64,000 nucleotides of DNA. It comes from Octopus vulgaris (taxonomy: Eukaryota). Of this stretch, positions 12,745 to 26,199 are shown one piece after another (positions within the stretch are counted from its first letter, which is position 1; every line of letters starts with the position of its first letter). A program made the translations under genes and the position numbers. The stretch spans positions 165,602,001 through 165,666,000 of the forward strand of contig OX597815.1 in the NCBI GenBank assembly GCA_951406725.2. Direction: 5' to 3'. A model generated the notes under the pieces. That model searched no databases and was not told the DNA's origin. It saw only the letters and a list, made by a program, of their open reading frames with translations.

Positions 12745-15089
12745 TATATATGAGGGGGCGCTTCGAATTGACTTCTTGTGTTTACACTTAGTTGTCTACA
12801 ACGGGCGATTTCTCCATAACAAAATACAGTAAATGACTTTCTTATGAGCTCGAATATGCTTCAAGCGTATTTGAACTTGTAACAAGTTTGTATTTGTACA
12901 CACCACTGCTTAGCGCTTCTATTCCATGTTCTATATGCAGGCAAACCGCCGATTAGCGCAACTAACCACAGTACGACGAGGGGAATATAATAAGATTTGT
13001 TTCTTATCAGTTCATAATGTTTCTCTTTCTAGTATCAGTACTAAGAGGAGGTAACTACTCCGAAATGCATGCATTCATCAATTTGGTTAGGGGGCGCTTA
13101 AATCTCCCTATATTTAAGTTTGTTTAATCAACTATAGCCATGTTTTATAAATATATTTTCACTATGGCTGAGATGGCATAAAAAGGGAAGTATCGAATAA
13201 AGTATATTCAAATATCCAATTTCAACACTTGTTTTCGAGTACATGTTCCAAATTAGTTCGATTTTTTATTCACCTTTATTTTTGCGGGTTCAATAAATAT
13301 CAATATAATACAGGGTTTAACTGCATTGCCCATCTGAAAATTTGTTTTATTATACAACGTAATTAATATTTACAAAAGAAAAATACCCACAAAAAGATGA
13401 ATTTTGAAGTATGTTCTCACTTATTTCCTTGGTTATGATAAGATGTTGTTGTTCATACACTGGTCGCCAATATACTTGTATATTATTGATATTAATTAAT
13501 TGTGATCTTACCTACAAGAAGAGAGTTAAGTTAAGATTTACTAAAAAGATTGTTAAAATAGCAAGTATTAGTTTGCTTTTATTAATAGTTAAGCAGCGAA
13601 CTCGTAGAGTGGTTAGTGAGTCGGACAAAATGCTTACCAACGTTTCCTCCGACTCTTTATTTTCTAGTTTTCAATTCCGCCGTGGTCGATTTTGCTGGGT
13701 TCGATGTAATCGACTTGCTTTCTATGTGAAAATTGATGCCTTTGTGCTAATCATTTTTTTTGCTCTTAGTGGAGCATGTTATTCGGGTTTTTTCGAGATG
13801 ATTTCACCTGTTATACAGCTAAAGCCATATCTCCAAAACGAAACAAGTATTAACTTTCAGAATAAATTTATTCGTATTTAATTCTTGTTCTGCATTCTTA
13901 GAATCTAAACTGGCGCAGAATATAAAAAATATATATATAACGAAATATATTTAATGTTTTAGGCCGTTTTTCAACGCATCGAAGTGTCATGCCGAATTAG
14001 ACACTGGAGACCTATTCAACTCATTTACATATTACAGTTGCAGTTAGACTAGATCGATTATATTTCCAGTAAAATTCATAGTGAAAAAACTACTTATAAA
14101 GTATCTCACATAGTTTTTTGAACGAAATATATAAAGCATTAGTAACATTACGAGAACCTCTTACCACAATCATTAATAATATCTCCTGTTATCGGTTACA
14201 GTTCAATAATCTCCACTATTTTCAGAATAACATTTTCTATACAGTCAATAATATTATCAATTTATCAGTGGCGTTGATTGACACTTAAGAAGAGCTGAAT
14301 AGATACGTTACAATAGTTAGTCTCATTATTCTACATTCTAACAGATCCTAACTCTCACTTCTGAGTTGATAAAATGACTACTAGGTATATACATGGATAC
14401 ATTCAATCGACCATATATCTTCAATACCAAATATTGATCTTGATCCAAGTTACAATAATTGAATTTCCTATTTTCTTTTGTGATTGGCAGAATCGTTTGA
14501 GTGTCAGTTACAATACCTTGTAGTATTTGTTTTGGCTCTTTGCGTTCTGAGTTCAGATCATGCCGAGATCAATTTTGCCTTTCATCATTCCGGATTGGAT
14601 TTTTTTAAAAAAATGTACTATTAAGACACTGTGGTCGATATAATCGATTGTCCCCCTTTTTACCTAGTTTATGGACTTGTGCCAATTTTCCTGATGTAGA
14701 AGCGGTGGAGAAGGACGAGGTGGTAGATCATCGAATTGAATACTATGTAATTTCAAGACCAGTTTTTAGCCTCTCCTTTGTTGTACTATTTGGCGTAAAA
14801 CAGTTTAAATTCTGGCTTATCTGTTGCTTCCACTATTAACTTAACAAAATAAGAGGGCTTTATAGTTCGCTCGATCTGCTAGAAATAGCAGTCAAGTAGT
14901 CATCAAACTACACCATACCGTCTTAGGAAAGGTAAGAACGTATTCGAAAACGTGGTCTTGTGATTAAACAGGATGGTCATAGAGCAAATGTTTTTGATCA
15001 TCGGTTTTCTCTGCCATAGCTGGTTTGGAGGTAATCCACAACTGTGAACTGAACCCACTTATGTCTGTCAATATTTTGTCCTACGAGAG

Positions 15090-15284
15090 GGTGGCGAGCT
15101 GGCAGAAACCTTAGCACGCCTGGCGAAATGGTATTTCGTCTGCAGCTACGTTCTGAGTTCAAATTCCGCCGAGGTCGACTTTGCCTTTCATCCTTTCGGG
15201 GTCGACTAAATAAGTGCCAGTTACGCACTGGGGTCGATATAATCGACTTAATCCGTTTGTCTGTCCTTGTTTGTCCTCTCTGTG
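15090..15284 (+). mobile_element. Tail-A SINE, 3'-truncated at an rDNA fragment
   Basis: Family head and body; the tail stops at tcctctctgtg. Confidence 0.85.
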
Positions 15285-15558
15285 GGTAAACTCGTCAGCC
15301 GGATCCAAGGACCTCACCGGACCGTTCGATCGGTAATAGCGACGGGCAGTGTTTACAAAGGGCAGGGACCTGATCGACGCAGGCTGATGACCCGTGCCTA
15401 CCGGGAATTCTTCGTTCACGGGGGTTGGTTCCAGGACCCGATCCTTATCACGGGATGTGGTTCAGAGGTTTCCCGACCCTCTCGGGCCGGGAGAGACGCA
15501 CCCGCTGATACCTCCAGTGTAGCGCGCGTGCGGCCCCGGACATCTAAGGGCATCTCAG
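15285..15558 (-). pseudogene. 18S rRNA 3'-region fragment (dispersed rDNA pseudogene)
   Basis: Reverse complement contains gatgcccttagatgtccggggccgcacgcgcgctacactg and gtccctgccctttgtaaacactgcccgtcgcta, which are universal SSU motifs with substitutions. Confidence 0.92.
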
Positions 15559-15959
15559 GGCTTAGAAAAACTGAAGGATCGTAGCAATAAGTGTGTATAT
15601 CTGAGATGTTGAATTAAATCATAACTGGTCCTCCAGTATTTTTTTTTATCCGAAGTCAGGAACTTTTCAGCACCCCTTTATATACTGAGAAATTATTACT
15701 TTAATAGAAAAAGGAGGGGTGAATTGGAAGAATAGAGTGTTGAACAAGCTGCCCTGTGGAATTTTGCTCCGGAGTTGTTTTCTGTCTCGAGTTCAAATCA
15801 CACGTCATATTTGCCTTCACCTCCCTTCCCTAGGAGTCGATAAATATATAATACGAGCAAAACGTCCCTTGTCCAATGGACAGTGCTGAGTTGTCAAATA
15901 TTTAAACCAAATTTTCTCAAAACAACTTGTCCGATCGTTCTATAGGCCTCCCCTTTGAG

Positions 15960-16213
15960 AAACACTGATTTAACCTAAATTTGAGACACCAGCAAAAAAC
16001 AGATTTCGACTGATGTACTTGCGCGTACAAATGCACGTTCACACGACTTTATCGATCGCATTCTCACCTGGAATCGATTTTTGTAATTTTTTCAAGACTT
16101 ATACACGCCCTAATACCGTCGGTATCTACATATCAAATTTGAGCGCAATCGGATGGAGGATGCCCGAGATCCTAGAAGATACACAGACTGACAGACGGAT
16201 TTTATATAATAGA
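15960..16213 (-). mobile_element. Probable non-autonomous Helitron 5' portion
   Basis: Reverse complement starts TCtattatataaaa followed by ctgt-type repeats and ccgattgcgctcaaatttg; 3' end not identified. Confidence 0.45.
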
Positions 16214-17185
16214 CTAGTCAAGTACTAGCGATGATTTAATTGAGTTAACCCTTCCTCAAGTTTTTAGTCTTGTGTCCGTTTGTATTAGAAGCACTTATTA
16301 CTGTATCATAATTTCTTTTGACTTAGGCTCAATAATCTTTCTAATTATACAAATTAGTTAAATAGTCATATCGTACTCTCGTTTATGCTAACTATTAATT
16401 TCCTACAAATATGCTTCAGCTCTGAATCGTCTGAGACTGAAAATCGAAGTCAATGCTCCTATCAGGTCCTTCCACATTCCATACTCCATCAAATCCTATA
16501 ATGCAGTCAGCTGAAAATATTTTACAGATGGTTGAGCTGCGTCTGAACTAATTCATGTACGAAATTCTGTAAATGTGTAGAGAGTGACCTTCGACTCGAT
16601 GGATGAGTTTATACATTTTCAAAGATTTCATTTAAGTTCCAATAAATTCTAGCATCTGTGTTTAATGTAGTATAAAGAAGGTAAAATCATTATTAATTAT
16701 AACCTAAGTTAGTTGTGGATCATAAGACTAACATTACAGTTCACTTTCTGTTTAATAGCATCGGGCTACACACAAACACACACACACATGCACACATGCA
16801 TGCTCGCAATAACGCAAATACATAGACACATACACATTAAAAAAGTAAATGGAAACTCCGTCGATTACGGCGATGACTGATTCAGTTGTCCACTCTGGAA
16901 GAACGACGTAGTCGTTGAATTTTTATGAAAGTGGTTTAGTACTTCATAGATCGATGTATGTGTCCAAGGTGTTTTCATGAGTTTGTCCTACACGTCCATG
17001 CTCATTTTCGGGCTTTTAATTAGCACTTGTTTCATACGTTCTGAGTAATATGAAATTTTCTTTTCATAAGTCCCGCATTACTCTAGAAGCTGGAAAAAAT
17101 TTGGGAATGTGTATCGTAGATAATGCATGGATACAGAGAAATATTACCTGTGTATTACTTGTGATACACACAAAGGGTTGATACC

Positions 17186-17418
17186 TATTTCTTTACTACC
17201 CACAACGGGCTAAACGCAGAGGGGACAAACAAGGACAGACAAACGGATTAAGTCGATTATATCGACCCCAGTGCGTAACTGGTACTTATTTAATCGACCC
17301 CGAAAGGATGAAAGGCAAAGTCGACCTCGGCGGAATTTGAACTCAGAACGTAGCGGCAGACGAAATGCCGCTAAGCATTTCACCCTGCGCGCTAACGATT
17401 CTGCCAGCTCGCCGCCCT
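17186..17418 (-). mobile_element. Full-length tail-A SINE
   Basis: Complete head to tail; 17-bp TSD cacaaagggtt(g/a)atacc. Confidence 0.9.
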
Positions 17419-17835
17419 CACAAAGGGTTAATACCATCCGTTGGCAGATTCAGCATGATACTGTGCGTGACAAAACTGCCTCTTTGAATAACAACTGTGA
17501 ACCAACCGATGAAATTCCTCCAAAGTATGTTTGCCAAATTTTATTCACAAGGCTTCGGTCACCTCGTTACTGTGTAAAAAATATACTTACAATGAACGCA
17601 GTACAGTGGTACCGAACCTGAGATCTTATGATTGCAAAGCGAACTTTTTAATCATTCAGCCATCTCTTTTTTGTCACACACACATACACACAATGGCATG
17701 CCTTTGAACAACGGACCAACACTAGTTCCTGTTTTCTTTTGTAGACATTTAATGTATAACTTGTGTCAAAAGTAGTTCACAACATCGGTATCGGAAGAGA
17801 AATGTTAAATAATAGACAAATAAAATGTGGTTGTA

Positions 17836-17999
17836 TATTTAAGAGATGAGGAATTATGAACCTTATTTACATTTGACGGATATTTGTCCTCATCTTGTTT
17901 GTTGCTAACACAACGTTTCGGTTGATATACCCTCCAGCCTTCATCAGGTGTCATGGGGAAATTTCGAACCTGGGTTCTCATTCCTAAGGTATTTTTCGA

Positions 18000-18074
<75 letters not shown>

Positions 18075-18147
18075 CATTATTCAGGTCACTGCCTAGAATT
18101 GAACTCAGAATCTTGGGGTTAGTAGCCCGCGCTCTTAACCACTACGC
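17836..18147 (-). mobile_element. Stand-alone tRNA-head/(AAT)n/hammerhead module
   Basis: Matches 8890-9148; hammerhead core intact at 17907-17952; 3' hairpin agatgagga/tcctcatct. Confidence 0.88.
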
Positions 18148-18189
18148 TTGATAATAATAATAATAATGATAATGATAATAATAATAATA

Positions 18190-18653
18190 AAAGATGGGTT
18201 ACAGCAAATATTCTGCTCAATACCACAGATTTGCTTGTCAGTTGTTTGACCTTAACCAGTTGAACATGTCCCTTAGTGGCTGACGATATGTGCATCTCTG
18301 ATCACGAGCAGAAGTAGTGGGGGAGCATCATAGCCATGTGTTGAGAGGGATTCTTTGGGGTTTGAATAATTCACCTGTGGAAACATGGGTGGTTCTTTCA
18401 ACATCCTTAAACAACCCTTATTCAGGGACCGTTTGAGCGGGATGTGCTACTCAACCTGAAGAAAATTCTAACTGGGCCCCACCTGCAAGGTCATGTGCTG
18501 TTTATCTTGATATGAGATCACCATGTCGCGCACATATGGTTGTGATGCATGTGCCTGGTGTACCTTTATCAGACGGGTAGTCATGATGGGTATATTGGGC
18601 TTCGTATATTTTACCCCAGTGTCACTTTGATGGCATGAACTGCTCTCTCACTC

Positions 18654-18654
<1 letters not shown>
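18190..18654. mobile_element. Unclassified ~465-bp insert within (AAT)n
   Basis: Complex sequence flanked by (AAT)n on both sides; no ORF recognised. Confidence 0.45.
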
Positions 18655-18716
<62 letters not shown>

Positions 18717-18840
18717 AACATCGAAAAATACCTTAGGAATGAGAATCCACGTTCAATGAAGGCTGGAGGGTATATCAGCCGAAACGTTGTGTTAACAACA
18801 AAGATGAGGACAAATATGCGTCATATGTAAATAATGTAAA
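18655..18840 (+). mobile_element. Partial hammerhead module (head lost, core partly deleted)
   Basis: (AAT)n-aacatcgaaaaataccttaggaatgagaa...ggctggagggtatatcagccgaaacgttgtg. Confidence 0.8.
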
Positions 18841-19554
18841 TAGAATGTTTTTTCTCACACTTCTCTGTTGGTCACGTGACACAGTGTCATCTGTTTAAGA
18901 CATCTTTCCAACAAGGGTTTCTATATATCTCATCTTTGTTTATTTATTTGTTTCATTTCCCTCTCTCTCTCACTTTGTGCTTTTCCTCTCTCACACTTAA
19001 CCACTCACTCCGTTGCAGTGCATGCTTCGTTCTTAACATCATTTTAATTACGTTCCTTATCTCCAACATCTAGATGCCCTCTTCACGCACGCACTCATTC
19101 TCTACCTTTTCATCCTGTTTTCCTGTTTCCGAACGCACACTCATATACGCACTCACACACACACTGAAGCACTCACATATACACACACTCGCACACACAC
19201 CCACATTCTCTCTCTCGCGCACATACACATGTACACGTTTTATTTATTCTGTCGTTAATTCCTTGTGCGCCCGATAAAACGTTTTCAGATTTCAGACTTT
19301 TTTCCGATATCTTTTACAGTGCTTCGGGGTATGAAATATTCTAATATTTGTTGTCAGGAGCTAAAAACAGAACAAATTACCAAAAAAAAAAAAAAACTAT
19401 ATCGAAATCTTCTTGAAAATATATGTGCAATGCAAAATTTAAGTTACCTAGGTGCATAACTTTCGCCTACAACTTCGTCTACACACTCACACACACACAC
19501 ACACACATGCGTGTGTACCTTTCTATAAACGCACATTTACTTTATATATTGATT

Positions 19555-21576
19555 TCGAATTTTGTCACAAGGCCAGTAATTTCGGGGGTAGGGTTAAGTC
19601 GATTACATCGACTCCAGTACTCAACTGGTACTTATTTTATCGATCCCGAAATGATGAAAGGCAAAGTCAACCTCGGCGGAACTTGAGCTCAGAACATGGA
19701 AACGGACAAAATGCCGCTAAGAATTTTGTCCGGCGTGCTAACAACTCTGCCACTTCACCGCCTTAATTTACTTTATATATTGGTTTTAACTTTTGGCGCA
19801 GGGCCCGCAAGTTCATGGGGTGGGATAAGTCTATTACATCGACCCCAGTGCTCAACTAGTACTTATTTTATCGACCCTGAAAGGATGAAAGGTAAAGTCA
19901 ACTTCGGTGGAAAATGAACTCAGAACGTAAAAATTCACTTTATATATTAAGATTACATCGTTTAAGTCTATTTTATCTTACATGTTATAATAGTTCTTTG
20001 TACTATTGGTACAAGGGCTGAAATTTTGGAGGAAGGAGCTTAGCTGATTTCCTAGTATCCAAATGACACTTTATTTTATCGATTCCGAAAGGATGAAAAG
20101 CAAAGTTGACCACGGCCGAATTTGTGCTCAGAACATAAAGCTTGAAAAAATACCGCATTTTGTTCACTCTGCTAACGATTCTATAAGCTCGTCACCATTT
20201 AACGTGTTATAATAACAACACCAGACATACTCCACAATTTTACCGTTCGGAGGACGGTAAACGCATGTTTGACGGAGTACGTAATATAAAGCGATAAAGA
20301 GATAAAAAGCGAGAAGGGTATTGACTGAATCCTCTAAAAGTCGATAGCCGACCTACCTTTGGTGAGGACCACACTAGAAGTTTCAGACAGCAGCTGCTGA
20401 AAATCCCACATGACGAGAGGAATTTTAAAGAGAAACCGGTTTCTGCGATGCTACATAGGTCCTTTTGGGATCTCCGAAAACCTAAATACTCAGTTCATTC
20501 GGTTAGAGGGTAAGTTAACCCTTTCATTTATTCCCCGCCTGGCACATATATTCACTTTTGATTGCGAAATTGCGTGTCGCTTAGGTACGCGGCATGGGCC
20601 AACTTGCAGCAATATGTGGATTAAGCGGGTAACACATTTCTGAAAGGTCACTTACCTGGGCAGTAAAGGTATTCTGGGATCAGTGGAATTCCCTCGTTAT
20701 CACAGATATATAATCGTCATCGAATGGAACATTTGATTCTGTTCTTTCTTATGCGTCTCTTTTTTTACTCTTTTATTTATGTTTCTAATTGGTAATCGAT
20801 CCTAAAAATTACCACCATTTAAAAAATTTCTTCTTACAATGTTCCCTCGTTTTTGCCCTTGTGACAGATAAAGACGTTATCACTATTATTAATCCTGTAT
20901 AAATCAGCAACTTCATTGGTGGGTGTAACAAAGTATCAGATGTCCACAACCAGCGGATTTCGAGAATTTTGCAATGGATTCGTATTGTTCCAAGCAACGC
21001 TATTTTCTATAGACGCTCTATCTTCAATTTTACTCCTATCTTTCAATCCACTGGTGCTGGTGCTGACCACCACCACCACCACCACCACCATCCTTATTAT
21101 CATCTCCTTCATTATTATTTCGCCCGTCTTTATGGTCTGAGTTAAGATTCCGTTGATGTCAACTTTGACTTTGATCCTTTCGGGGCCGATAAAACAAGTA
21201 CCAACCAATGAATGGGGTTGATGCAATGACCTCCTCCTCCCTCTCAAACGCTACTGGCTCTGTGCCAAAATTTGAATCCATTTTTATTGCGGTGAGCAGG
21301 CAGAATCATTAGCACGCCGGACAAGATGCTTAGCGGTATTTCGTCTGTCTTACGTTTTTGACTTCAAATTCTGTCAAGGTCGACCTTGCCTTTCATCCCT
21401 TCGGGGTCGAAAAAATAAGTATCAGTCAATTACTGGGGTCGATGTAATCAACTTACCCTCTCCTCCGAACCTGCTGGCCCTGTGCCAAAATTTGAAACCA
21501 TCATTATTATTATTAAGCCGGCGAGCTGGAAGAATCGTTAGCACGCCGGGTAAAATACTTAGCGGTATTTCGTCCG

Positions 21577-21580
<4 letters not shown>
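19555..21580. mobile_element. Cluster of older tail-B SINE copies (about 19555-20200 on -, 21110-21580 on +)
   Basis: Repeated diverged family core; unique sequence lies between the two groups. Confidence 0.7.
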
Positions 21581-21613
<33 letters not shown>

Positions 21614-22202
21614 TTATATATTATATATGCTGTGCAAATTAGTAACTCAAGCATTTTATGAGTTCTTCCATGCGTCAGAAACAAATATTTCTCCACTTTT
21701 CTTTTTAATTCTGTGTTTGTTTATTCAAATTATGAAGCGAAATTAACTAAAATTGTGCAAATAACTGAAATTTAATACTGCTTCTGTGACGCTTATTAGA
21801 GGAAATTTAGGAAATAAAGGATGAAGGAAGTTCAGTCGGAAGCAATAAACGGGACTGTAGAATTAATTAACTTACAACAACAACATGAAACACAACGACT
21901 ACAAGAATAACGACAAAAGCAGCAGTAGCTGTAAAGACACCAATGACGGCGATGACGGTGAAGGAAAATGTAACACGTTGATAGTGGAACGAAATCAATT
22001 GGATTATGATCAGTTGAATAATCCAATGTAGAGTCTGAACAACTGATATTTTATTCAATATAATAATTTCCGAAAGGTGAGGAGTGCTGGAGTATAAAAC
22101 TTAACTCCTTTCCTGTTTTTTGAGATCAAATCCTACGTGACTCCCGTTTATCATCATATGAGTCAATAAGATAAACACCTATAATATAACATGTCAGCTT
22201 AA

Positions 22203-22423
22203 CCCTTTTGATACCAACCCGGCTGAAACCGTCTCTGGCTCTGTAGTACAAACGTTTTGTTTTCATAAATTTTGAATTAAAATCTTCCACCAAACCTTAG
22301 TCACACTTTATGATCCTAACACCAGCTGAATGATAACTAAGTTGTTTTACTAAATTCTTTGTTATATCTAAAGTAATTGAAAGAAACACAGAACATCTCA
22401 AAATAAATATAGTAACAAAAGGG
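22203..22423. mobile_element. piggyBac-type MITE
   Basis: TTAA on both sides (22199-22202, 22424-22427); TIR cccttttgatac / gtaacaaaaggg (11 of 12 match). Confidence 0.8.
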
Positions 22424-22625
22424 TTAATGCAAACTGTGTATGCTTGTACTTAACTTATTTGTAGCCCTGTGTCAATTCCGTCCTTGAGGTTTTGAGTTCA
22501 AATTCTGTTAGGATATATTTTGTGTCTTATTTTACTGAAACCAATAAGCACCATTAATATAAAGAATGTGTTCAATACATACTATATATGCCTGTATTTT
22601 TGCTTCAGTTATTAGTTTGCACTGC

Positions 22626-22671
<46 letters not shown>

Positions 22672-22871
22672 GAAGACGGGAAGGATGAATTCCCTTCACA
22701 GATACTGAGAGGACACAGATAGTGTGTCTATAGCCAGCTGGAGGAGATATCTTCCTGGGGCTACAAACTACAGTAGCATCAACCCTTAGGAGTTAGCCAT
22801 ATTCAAATGGCAAATATGCGTCACGATGTGTTACCGCTACTGTTTATAACTCGCTCTGAGATTTATCATTG

Positions 22872-22956
<85 letters not shown>

Positions 22957-23239
22957 GATAAATGGTAAAGTTGATTCCAATGCTTTTATTTTTTTAAATT
23001 TAGAACATAAGAAACATAACTAAATACCGCCATGCATTTAATCCGTTTCTACCTCGATGTTGCCTTTCTTTGAGTTCGTTTATAATATTGCATATAACGT
23101 AAGTGTTAACGTCAACATTGGCGTTGATTATAACATTTATTTGAAACACAAGCACAAGGTGAGAGCTGTGAATGTCAATTAAATCTACCTCGCTACTAAA
23201 CTGATATTTATACTATCAGCCATCCTGAAGGATATGATG

Positions 23240-23540
23240 ATGCGTAGTTTGGTGGTTAGGATATTCGGTTCATGATCGTGAGTTCGATTCCTGGCGGCGC
23301 GTTGTGTTCTTGTGCAAGACATTTTTTATTTCACGTTGCTCCAGTCCTTTCAACTGGCAAAACTGAGTTTTACCCGTAATTCAAAGGACCGTCTCTATCG
23401 CGCTCAGTCTCCCTGAGAACTACACTAAGGGTATGGGTGTCTACACGGAGTGCTCAGCCACTTGCACGTTAATTTCACGAGCAGGGTGTTCCGTTGATCT
23501 GACCAACTGGAACACTCTTCGTTGTAACCAATGGAGGGTA
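23240..23540 (+). mobile_element. tRNA-derived CORE-type SINE nested in an older SINE
   Basis: ggtggttagg...gagttcgattcc head, gtgttcttgtgcaagac core; flanked by cc(t/a)gaaggat. Confidence 0.7.
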
Positions 23541-24300
23541 GTAGGCCCAGAAGGATGAAAATCAATATCAACTTCGGCAGGATTTGAACTCAGAACGAAA
23601 ATTTACATTTCTAAATGCCACATTAACCACAATAATATGCAGTTCCTTGTTCAACGCTCTGCTTTTTCTGCCAATCCATCACCTTCTATGGTAACGCTGA
23701 CGATGAATAGTGCTACTCAAAGAATCGATGTTGAAGCAAGCGTTTCGCTTTCATGATAGAATTTTATGTTGGTGATAATTTTTTTTATGATACTGTCAGC
23801 GATAATGTTGCTTACAACGTTGGTCCTGACCTTATCATTATTTGCTGATGATGATCAAACTACTGTTAAAGATCTTGTATTGTTGAAGATAGTTTAGTTA
23901 TATACAGAACGTCGATGGTAGGGTGGTAATGGCGTTGATAAGAATAATGGTGCTGGTGTTATTTGCAAAGGCCACACATTTGCAAGGAAAAGATATAGTC
24001 ATTTGAATCGATTCTTTTGAATGCCTGATATTTATTTTATCGACCCAGAGAAGGATGAATAGCAAAGTCGATCCCGGTGAGGTTTGAAGTCATAACTTTG
24101 TGAGACGAAATTAAATACTTTTTGGCGTTTGCTCCGGTTCTCTACAATTTTCTGCCAATCCACTGTTTATAATGGCATTTCAGGACAAACATAGCTGAAG
24201 AACTGGTAATGTAAATACGTATACATACGCATACATATATTTATGTATGTGTGTACGGATGTACGTACGCATGTATGTATATAAGCATATAAATATGGGA

Positions 24301-24342
<42 letters not shown>

Positions 24343-24345
24343 TGA

Positions 24346-24388
<43 letters not shown>

Positions 24389-24574
24389 CCTATCTATCTA
24401 TCTATCTGTCTGTCTGTCTGTCTGTCTGAGGATTGTAAATTAATGATGCTATCTTCCGACACTATATCTGCCTAAAATAGAGTACACTCTGCTACAGGAC
24501 CCCAAGAGCCAGATGGTAATTTTCCAGCTGAGTTAATTTTAAAACCCCGCGGAAGCTCTCTCGGTATATATATA

Positions 24575-24640
<66 letters not shown>

Positions 24641-24682
24641 CATACATACAATACATAATATATATACATGTATGTATATTTA

Positions 24683-24988
24683 TCACGTGATCACGTGACC
24701 GACCACACCATCAGATGTTGTTACACATCGCTGGTCACAATGCGTTCGCATTGTTTTAGCCTTCGAATGACGCCACCCCGCTGGCTAAGCGAGCAGGCCA
24801 ACAGAAGAAAGAGTGGAAGAAAGAGTGGTGAAAGAGTACAGCAGGGATCACCACCCCCTGCCGGAGCCTCGTGGAGCTTTTAGGTGTTTTCGCTCAATAA
24901 ACACTCACAAAGCCTGGTCTGGGAATCGAAACCGCGATCCTGTGACCGCGAGTCCGCTGCCCTAACCACTGGGCCATTGCGCCTCCAC
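24683..24988 (-). mobile_element. OR1-like-head SINE with a third tail type
   Basis: Head nearly identical to 62560-62700; different tail; TSD atgtatatttat. Confidence 0.8.
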
Positions 24989-25653
24989 ATGTATATTTAT
25001 ATATAAACCAAAAAGTAATACAAACAAAAGCACGAGTGGCGTTCCCTGTTAATATTATTTGCTTGACGTACAAGGAAGAATGGAAAGATTTAAAGTCATA
25101 AAGGAAAAGTTACGTTTCGGAAACAGTACTTCTTCGAATCCAAGTGAATAGCTCAGGATAAAAAAAAATGGAAGGGAAAGAAAAGACGAAAGGAACCAAA
25201 ACAGAAGGGACCCAAGAAAAAAAAAACATAACGTGTAGGGTTCTTGTGAGACATTATGTAAAACTAACCGACCACGTGCCATCAATAATGACAGCTAATT
25301 GTATCATTTTATATATAAATATATAAATAACATATATAAATAAGGTACAAAATGAAGTACATAATATTCACACATACATACATTCACATACTTCCCTTGT
25401 ACACGCACACAAATACACACATATACTCACACAGAGTTGAAACGCTGGGTTTTTCACTCCTTCCTTCCTTATTCTTCTATCACCCCTTCTTTTCTCTCAT
25501 TGCTATTATTTTCTCTCAGTCCCTCTCTGTCAGGGCTACTATTCTCACTACTTCTCCTTCACCGAATTACTATTTTCTCAGCTCTTCCGCGTCCGGCGTG
25601 ATTCTGGACAAATATATATTTAAAAAAATATACTACGCTCATTATTATATTAT

Positions 25654-26199
25654 ACTCTATGTCACGCTGGTGAGACCCATATTGGAGTATGGGATTCAAG
25701 CCTCTTCTCCTTATCTCCTCAAAGACATACAGCATCTCGAAAGAGTCCAGAAGCTGGCTACCCGCATGGTTCATGGTCTCAAAAATTTGTCCTACGAAGA
25801 AAGGCTGAGGACGCTCGACCTTTATTCTCTTGAAAAACGCCGCCGCCGTAGTGATCTCATTCTCGCCCACAACATCATAAGCGGAAAGTGTAACCTCTCG
25901 AAAGAGCTGTTCTTCACTCCTGCTCCAGAGCGTCGGCTGCGGGGTCATTCCGAAAAGCTCTACCTGCGACGATTTCATCTTAATCGAAGGAGAGGAGCTT
26001 TCTCCGTCCGGGTTGCGGATCCGTGGAACAAGCTGCCAGACGAGATGGTGAAGATGCCGACGACCGCTTTGTTCAAAGCCTCCCTGGACCTCAAGTGGCC
26101 TGAACTCTTTACATGAACACCACCCTGTACTTAACTCCATGTCCCCCTACATGGCCTTGCTATTTGCTTTTGAGCCAAATTAACTAACTAACTAACTAA
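25654..26199 (+). mobile_element. CR1-clade LINE 3' fragment
   Basis: LYVTLVRPILEY, LERVQKLATRMV, YEERL..L.LYSLEKRR; (TAAC)n tail; nearly identical to 40621-41168. Confidence 0.9.

Noticed and set aside
15285-15558. Functional rRNA gene
   Set aside because: Only ~270 bp, mutated in universal motifs, with no flanking rDNA.
25559-26140. Antisense ORF also seen at 40616-41107
   Set aside because: Opposite-strand shadow of the CR1 coding sequence; it recurs only because the copies are nearly identical.
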